DNA of 41,317 bases from an uncultured Pseudomonadota bacterium (GTDB lineage Bacteria > SAR324 > XYD2-FULL-50-16): assembly GCA_964549175.1 (NCBI GenBank), contig CAZJUM010000002.1:1-41317 (forward strand). The letters are read 5' to 3'. Position 1 is the first letter of the stretch; every line of letters starts with the position of its first letter. A model generated the notes under the pieces. It was not told the DNA's origin and did not search any database. It was given only the letters and a program-made list of their open reading frames with translations. The position numbers and the translations under genes were made by a program. Positions 37,401 to 41,317 of the stretch are shown piece after piece.

Positions 37401-38493
37401 GCTTCGGACCTGTATGAAATACGCGATTTTGCTCGCCACTTGAAAGTCTGCTAAAAAGAGGTAGAACCTCAAACCCCTCATTAAGCAGAAATTTGAGCTG
37501 ATCAGTAGCTTCCTTAATTTCTTGTATTCCGGATAAAAATATCAGAATATCTCCTGTTGGGGATTCCGTTAAAATCTCTTCAATGGCTTCTTGCAACATG
37601 CTGGTCATGCTGATCTCCCCCTGGTCCTCCAGAATCTCATCAATAGGATGATATCGAACTTCTACAGGATACATTCTTCCCGACACCTCAATAATCGGCG
37701 CGCTTCTTAGTTCGGCTTCTTTTGGGGAATGATTAGGGTGGGCCAGATAGTATTGTTTGTCTCTGGCGTGATGGAATTGCGGAAATGCCTTTGAAAACTT
37801 TTCAATATCGATGGTTGCGGAAGTGATTATTAACTTGAGGTCACGTCTTTTAAGTAGAATCTGTCGCAAGTATCCCAGCAGAAAGTCTATGTTTAAAGTT
37901 CTTTCATGGGCTTCATCGATAATGATTGTATCATATGATGACAGGTATCGGTCGCATTGAATTTTTGTCAGCAATATTCCATCGGTTAAGAATTCAACCA
38001 GTGTTTCTGGCTTACTTTTTTTATCAAAGCGAATTTCATAACCCACTAAATCTCCCAGATCCGTATTAAGTTCCTTGGCAACCTGTTTTGCCAAGGATGT
38101 TGCCGCGATTCGACGTGGTTGAGTACAAGCGATTTTGCCTGAAACTCCCCGACCGCTTTCCAGACAGATTTTAGGGATTTGTGTGGTTTTTCCGGATCCG
38201 GTTTCCCCCGTTATTACAATAACTTGATTATGACGAATGGTTGAAACAATATCTTCAGTCTTTTCTGAAATAGGTAGTTGGGAAGGATATTTCAACTCCG
38301 GGACGCTGTCACGCCTGGATTGAACCTGTTTGTGGGAGGTGTTAATTTTATCTTCAAGCGTTGCAAGCAATTGAGCTTTTTTTCCCCCGGCGGGTCTTTT
38401 GAGTTTTTTGAGTTGATTGTTTAAAGCGTGGCGGTCCTTGCTCAAAGATAACCCGATCTTTGTGCTGAAATCCTGTTCTTCGCGGTTGTTCAT
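34432..38493 (-). CDS. hrpA: ATP-dependent RNA helicase HrpA (DEAH-box)
   Basis: 1353 aa. Motifs are GETGSGKTTQ, IIIDEAHERT, SATID, TNIAETS and QRKGRCGR, with the long C-terminal HrpA-specific region. Confidence 0.94.
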   Translation of the reverse strand: MNNREEQDFSTKIGLSLSKDRHALNNQLKKLKRPAGGKKAQLLATLEDKINTSHKQVQSRRDSVPELKYPSQLPISEKTEDIVSTIRHNQVIVITGETGSGKTTQIPKICLESGRGVSGKIACTQPRRIAATSLAKQVAKELNTDLGDLVGYEIRFDKKSKPETLVEFLTDGILLTKIQCDRYLSSYDTIIIDEAHERTLNIDFLLGYLRQILLKRRDLKLIITSATIDIEKFSKAFPQFHHARDKQYYLAHPNHSPKEAELRSAPIIEVSGRMYPVEVRYHPIDEILEDQGEISMTSMLQEAIEEILTESPTGDILIFLSGIQEIKEATDQLKFLLNEGFEVLPLFSRLSSGEQNRVFHTGPKRKIILATNIAETSITIPRIHYVIDSGRARISQYNTRSGTQGLPITRISQSSANQRKGRCGRVASGICIRLYTEADFLSRDTYSAPEIQRSDLSEVILRMIHLKLGDIDTFPFIDPPETAQIKAGYRTLRELGALTDTKHLSPIGHQMARLPVDPRTARMIIQANNENVLHPVLIVASAISCQDPREYPDDKKTQARQKHARFNSKESDLLTLLNLWEHYHDRWNELKTQNKMRKFCKQNFLSYRKMREWRDIHNQLLNIAQDNRWRSSRPAMLDQDALHRSILAGYLSHIAKKKEKKLYQSTKNRELVLFPGSDQYRSNHEWIVAIEIIETSGLFAHRVAKIDPDWLEALGGDLCRKTWTMPRWDQNNSRVIANETVTLFGFKIVENRTVNYGKTNINESTEVFIREALVEGNFNGRFPFWKHNRQLIESIRKKEDKTRKRNLLVDDSTIEKFYRARIKEVSCVQDLQKLINQHSGDQFLFLTEKDLLHQEPENTESLYPEVFKIGDKKCQLKYQFNPGHEDDGVTIYLPWKLLNNVHEESFEYLVPGLLLDKIEWLLKNLSKNLRKKLVPVSEKARLVWEDMTAFKYSSDPDSFAKTTAKEFYKNLSDTLFEITRVYIAPEDWNRQDLPPFLRMNFSMIDPKTHEVRFSRHLNELRGEEKKQQDDWNSLVSSLEHYHVLDWNFPNLIEKVLLADRGNVALWGYRTLIKENDGLKITLSKTRKEAKDKSLRALPYLLELKLGADFGWIHEELRFSEDTLLLFQNLWKGSKTLAIEALKKKLGGSNNKLYRRFHNQVRDHAFDMIRAGLLGYQGSPMWIQNAFNKRAEACRKEMSGLAQRVVTWIDATLKLRQEILIMLASRHQRQNQWIKCQLQEELDFFLSPKCLNEIPLAQWPHCARILKAYQRRIEKFRVNPDKEKAKWEDIQPFQAKATLLWNDKSTYNIEEFWVLRQLRWMIEELKVSVFAQDLKTPFPISPQRLEKFMQKNKL

Positions 38494-38498
38494 AAAAA

Positions 38499-38708
38499 TT
38501 ACTTAACAAGTACGGTATGTTGGCCGAATGATACCGATTGTCCGCTACGGATCTTTCTTTTTTTGCGAAATTCAACTTCCCCATCGACTTCAACCAAACC
38601 CCCGCTAACGACTACTTTTGCTTCACCGCCGGTGGCGCACAAATTGGTTAGTTTCAATAGTTTGATCAGTTCGATATAATCATTCCTCAAGTCAAAAATG
38701 GTTTCCAT
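38499..38708 (-). CDS. small S4-domain RNA-binding protein (YbcJ-like)
   Basis: 69 aa. The sequence IELIKLLKLTNLCATGGEAKVVVSGGLVEVDGEVEFRKKRKIRSGQSV is the typical S4/YbcJ pattern. The stop lies 5 nt before the hrpA start. Confidence 0.75.
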   Translation of the reverse strand: METIFDLRNDYIELIKLLKLTNLCATGGEAKVVVSGGLVEVDGEVEFRKKRKIRSGQSVSFGQHTVLVK

Positions 38709-38805
38709 TAGGTATGAACCGAGATTGAATGCGAAAAGTAGAGCCCGTGACCAGGCATTTAGGGCAATAGACCAACTCCATTTTTTACTCAGCTAAAAAG
38801 TCTTA

Positions 38806-41079
38806 TCAAAAGCGGTCAATAAACTCCGAACTTTCAATTTCCGCTTGGGTTTCCAATTGAGACACATTTCTAAATCCTCTGGGTAATTTTTTACCTCTTC
38901 TTCCCCGTTCTCCTCGATATTCCGCCAGATCATTTAGTCGGAATGTTAATTTCCGCTTGCCGGATTCCATGATTAGTTTTTGACCTGCCGGAAGGAGTGT
39001 AATTTTGGTGAGACGCTCTCCCTTCTCGGCAAACACATTTATGATCTTGTTACCTTTACCCCTATGCAGAACAGGAAGCTGATGCAACGGAAATACCAGC
39101 ATACGTCCTTCGTCACTGACCGCGACAACCATATCGGATTCGCAGTCGACAATGGTTTGTGGAGGCAGTGACTCAGTGCCCTCAGGAAACCGCAGAACCG
39201 ATTTGCCGGCTTTATTTTTGGTAAGCAGGTCGGATAAGGTCGCGGCAAATCCGTATCCGGCTGAACTGGCTAAAAGTATACCTTGTTCGGGTTCACCGAT
39301 CAATGCGGATTTAAAAGTAGCGCCCGGTGGTGGTGTGAACCGGCCGGTCAGCGGTTCTCCATAACCGCGGGCAGAAGGCAAACTATGGGCTTCTAAGGCA
39401 TAAGATCGTCCGGTGGAATCCATAAAAATAGCGGATTGATTGCTTTTTCCGCGAACCGCGGCCGTCAAACCATCACCCGCTTTATAAATCAATTTTTCAG
39501 TGTCGATTTCGTGGCCTTTAGCAACTCGCACCCACCCTTTATTTGACAAGATTATTGTGATTGGTTCTACAGGCAGTAGGTTTTTGGGGGACAGAGCTTG
39601 CGCGTCTTGTCGTTGTTTAATGGGAGACTTTCGGGCATCACCGTATTTTTCGGCATCAGCCATTAATTCCTTTTTGGCCAGATTTTTTAGTTTAACTTCA
39701 GAAACCAGGGTCGCTTCCAACTTTTGGCGTTCTTTGGATAGATCATTTTGCTCACCTCGAATTCTTTCTTCCTCCAATTTGGCCAGTTGGCGAAGCTTGA
39801 TCTCTAAAATAGCTTCCGCTTGAGGCTCACTGAGGCCAAATGCCTTAATCAGTGATTTTTTAGGGTGGTCTTCATCGCGAATAATCTCAATCACTTCATC
39901 TAAATTTAAGAAAGCGATCAACAACCCTTCCAAAATATGCGATCGGTCCAGAACTTTATTCAATCGATGTCGTAAACGCCTGCGGACTGTAGTTAAGCGG
40001 AATGTAAGCCACTCACGCAAAAGCGGTAGCAGACTTTTGGTTTGTGGGCGATTGTTTAATCCGATAACATTCATGTTAACGCGGTAAGTTCGCTCAAGAT
40101 CGGTGGTGGCATAAAGATGCGCTAATAGCTCATTCACATCGATACGCTTGGAGCGTGGTACAATGACCAAACGCGTTGGATTCTCATGATCGGATTCATC
40201 CCGCAAATCAACTACCATGGGTAGTTTTTTGGCCCGCATTTGATTGGCTATTTGTTCCAAAATCTTTGATCCGGAAACCTGATGCGGTAACGCTGTTATT
40301 ACAATATCGCCATTTTCTCTCGTGTGCACGGCACGCATTCGAAGTGTTCCCGCTCCGTGGCGATATATTTTCAGAATTTCAGATTTTGGAGAGATAATCT
40401 CGGCCTCGGTTGGAAAGTCTGGTCCCTGAATAAATTGGCAGATATCCTCCAAGGTCGCACCAGGTTTTGACAGAAGGTGTACACATGCTTCCACAACCTC
40501 CTTTAAGTTGTGAGGTGGAATATCTGTTGCCATTCCCACCGCGATTCCGGTGGCTCCGTTTAGTAGAATATTGGGAAGCCGTGCTGGTAAAACCTCCGGT
40601 TCATCCAATGTCCCGTCAAAGTTGGACTTCCAATCCACCGTTCCCTCACTGAGTTCAGCCAATAAAACATTGACATAAGTCGCTAAACGCGACTCAGTGT
40701 AGCGCATGGCCGCAAACGATTTAGGATCATCGGGAGATCCCCAATTTCCCTGTCCATCGACTAACGGATATCGATAGGAAAACTCTTGGGCCATTAAAAC
40801 CATGGCTTCATAGCAGGCCGTATCACCATGGGGGTGAAATTTCCCGAGAACATCGCCGACAGTACGGGCAGATTTTTTGTATTTGGCGGTGGCTTTTAAT
40901 CCCAGTTCTGACATGGCGTACACGATGCGGCGCTGAACCGGTTTCAGACCGTCACTGAGGTGAGGTAGGGCTCGATCCAGTATAACATACATGGAATACT
41001 CCATATACGCTTTTTCAGTAAACGCGCTAATAGCTAAAGCCTCAACTCCTTCAAGAGCCGGATCTGTAATTTCACTCAT
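38806..41079 (-). CDS. parC: DNA topoisomerase IV subunit A (ParC)
   Basis: 757 aa, colinear with E. coli ParC from my memory of it. Motifs are [49 protein letters not shown] and [20 protein letters not shown]. Its length and the absence of a GyrA box fit ParC rather than GyrA. Confidence 0.87.
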   Translation of the reverse strand: MSEITDPALEGVEALAISAFTEKAYMEYSMYVILDRALPHLSDGLKPVQRRIVYAMSELGLKATAKYKKSARTVGDVLGKFHPHGDTACYEAMVLMAQEFSYRYPLVDGQGNWGSPDDPKSFAAMRYTESRLATYVNVLLAELSEGTVDWKSNFDGTLDEPEVLPARLPNILLNGATGIAVGMATDIPPHNLKEVVEACVHLLSKPGATLEDICQFIQGPDFPTEAEIISPKSEILKIYRHGAGTLRMRAVHTRENGDIVITALPHQVSGSKILEQIANQMRAKKLPMVVDLRDESDHENPTRLVIVPRSKRIDVNELLAHLYATTDLERTYRVNMNVIGLNNRPQTKSLLPLLREWLTFRLTTVRRRLRHRLNKVLDRSHILEGLLIAFLNLDEVIEIIRDEDHPKKSLIKAFGLSEPQAEAILEIKLRQLAKLEEERIRGEQNDLSKERQKLEATLVSEVKLKNLAKKELMADAEKYGDARKSPIKQRQDAQALSPKNLLPVEPITIILSNKGWVRVAKGHEIDTEKLIYKAGDGLTAAVRGKSNQSAIFMDSTGRSYALEAHSLPSARGYGEPLTGRFTPPPGATFKSALIGEPEQGILLASSAGYGFAATLSDLLTKNKAGKSVLRFPEGTESLPPQTIVDCESDMVVAVSDEGRMLVFPLHQLPVLHRGKGNKIINVFAEKGERLTKITLLPAGQKLIMESGKRKLTFRLNDLAEYRGERGRRGKKLPRGFRNVSQLETQAEIESSEFIDRF

Positions 41080-41317
41080 AGTAATGGTTCAATAACTCAA
41101 TTATAAACGTTTTTGGTTTCACCATGGCGAGGGCAAACATGGTGGTTCTTTTGATATTATGTAACTGTTCATCTAATTTCTCTCTGGTGGCTCCATAGTC
41201 TCGAAGAGCTATGAGTCTGTATGATTTTACATTAAGATTCCGCAAGGTTACGCTATTATGGGGCCACCGTGGGCTTTAAAAGCGGATTTTTTTGTTCTGT
41301 ATGTGCTTAAAATCTAT

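Noticed and set aside
41072-41245. Small ORF (about 57 codons from TTG, or 21 from ATG) on the minus strand whose stop overlaps the parC start
   Set aside because: It falls below the ORF-track threshold. It has a non-ATG start, no SD that I can see and no recognisable family, and it does not look like a ParE C-terminus. The window edge prevents context evaluation. A separate upstream frame ending at about 41276-41278 may be the 3' end of a truncated gene but is too short to call.

Overview
The window reads as a mostly housekeeping chromosomal segment from an AT-rich diderm bacterium. Lipid A genes are present. ParC, HrpA, RNase E and the Thr-Tyr-Thr tRNA / rpmG / tRNA-Trp / secE-nusG layout look proteobacteria-like or deltaproteobacteria-like, but lineage cannot be fixed from sequence alone.

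Gene content, left to right:
- skp-fabZ-lpxA-(Gfo/Idh/MocA oxidoreductase)-(DegT aminotransferase)-lpxB lipid A cluster.
- A small accessory-looking block at 6.0-11.7 kb: TraB/GumN protein, GerW/YtfJ protein, DUF2953-like membrane protein, and a 1086-aa protein with a ~555-aa uncharacterised N-terminal region fused to a complete GH57 alpha-glucan branching-type domain.
- tRNA-Thr, tRNA-Tyr, tRNA-Thr, rpmG, tRNA-Trp, secE, nusG, rplK, rplA, rplJ, rplL. There is no tuf and no rpoBC.
- A convergent J-domain protein, then a ~690 bp ORF-free gap.
- ftsH-folP-cdaA-cdaR.
- A radical-SAM spore-photoproduct-lyase-family gene.
- A polar amino-acid ABC transporter (binding protein, permease, ATPase).
- rsgA, leuS, map (with a SEC-C motif), and rne with a long leader and a Lys-rich tail.
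- On the minus strand, an S4-domain protein, hrpA and parC.

I found no CRISPR array, transposase, integrase, prophage or recognisable defence system, and no compelling complete novel system.

The best candidates for a second look:
- The DUF4912-like/unknown + GH57 giant fusion.
- The TraB-GerW-DUF2953 cassette in a non-sporulating-type genome context.
- A PIN-like domain fused to the lipid-A-cluster aminotransferase.
- A ~115-aa unknown extension on FolP.
- rpmG packed between tRNAs with 21-nt and 4-nt spacers.
- An intergenic segment bracketed by an exact 12-nt direct repeat.

All protein family calls rest on motifs I recognise by eye. No database search or computation was run.
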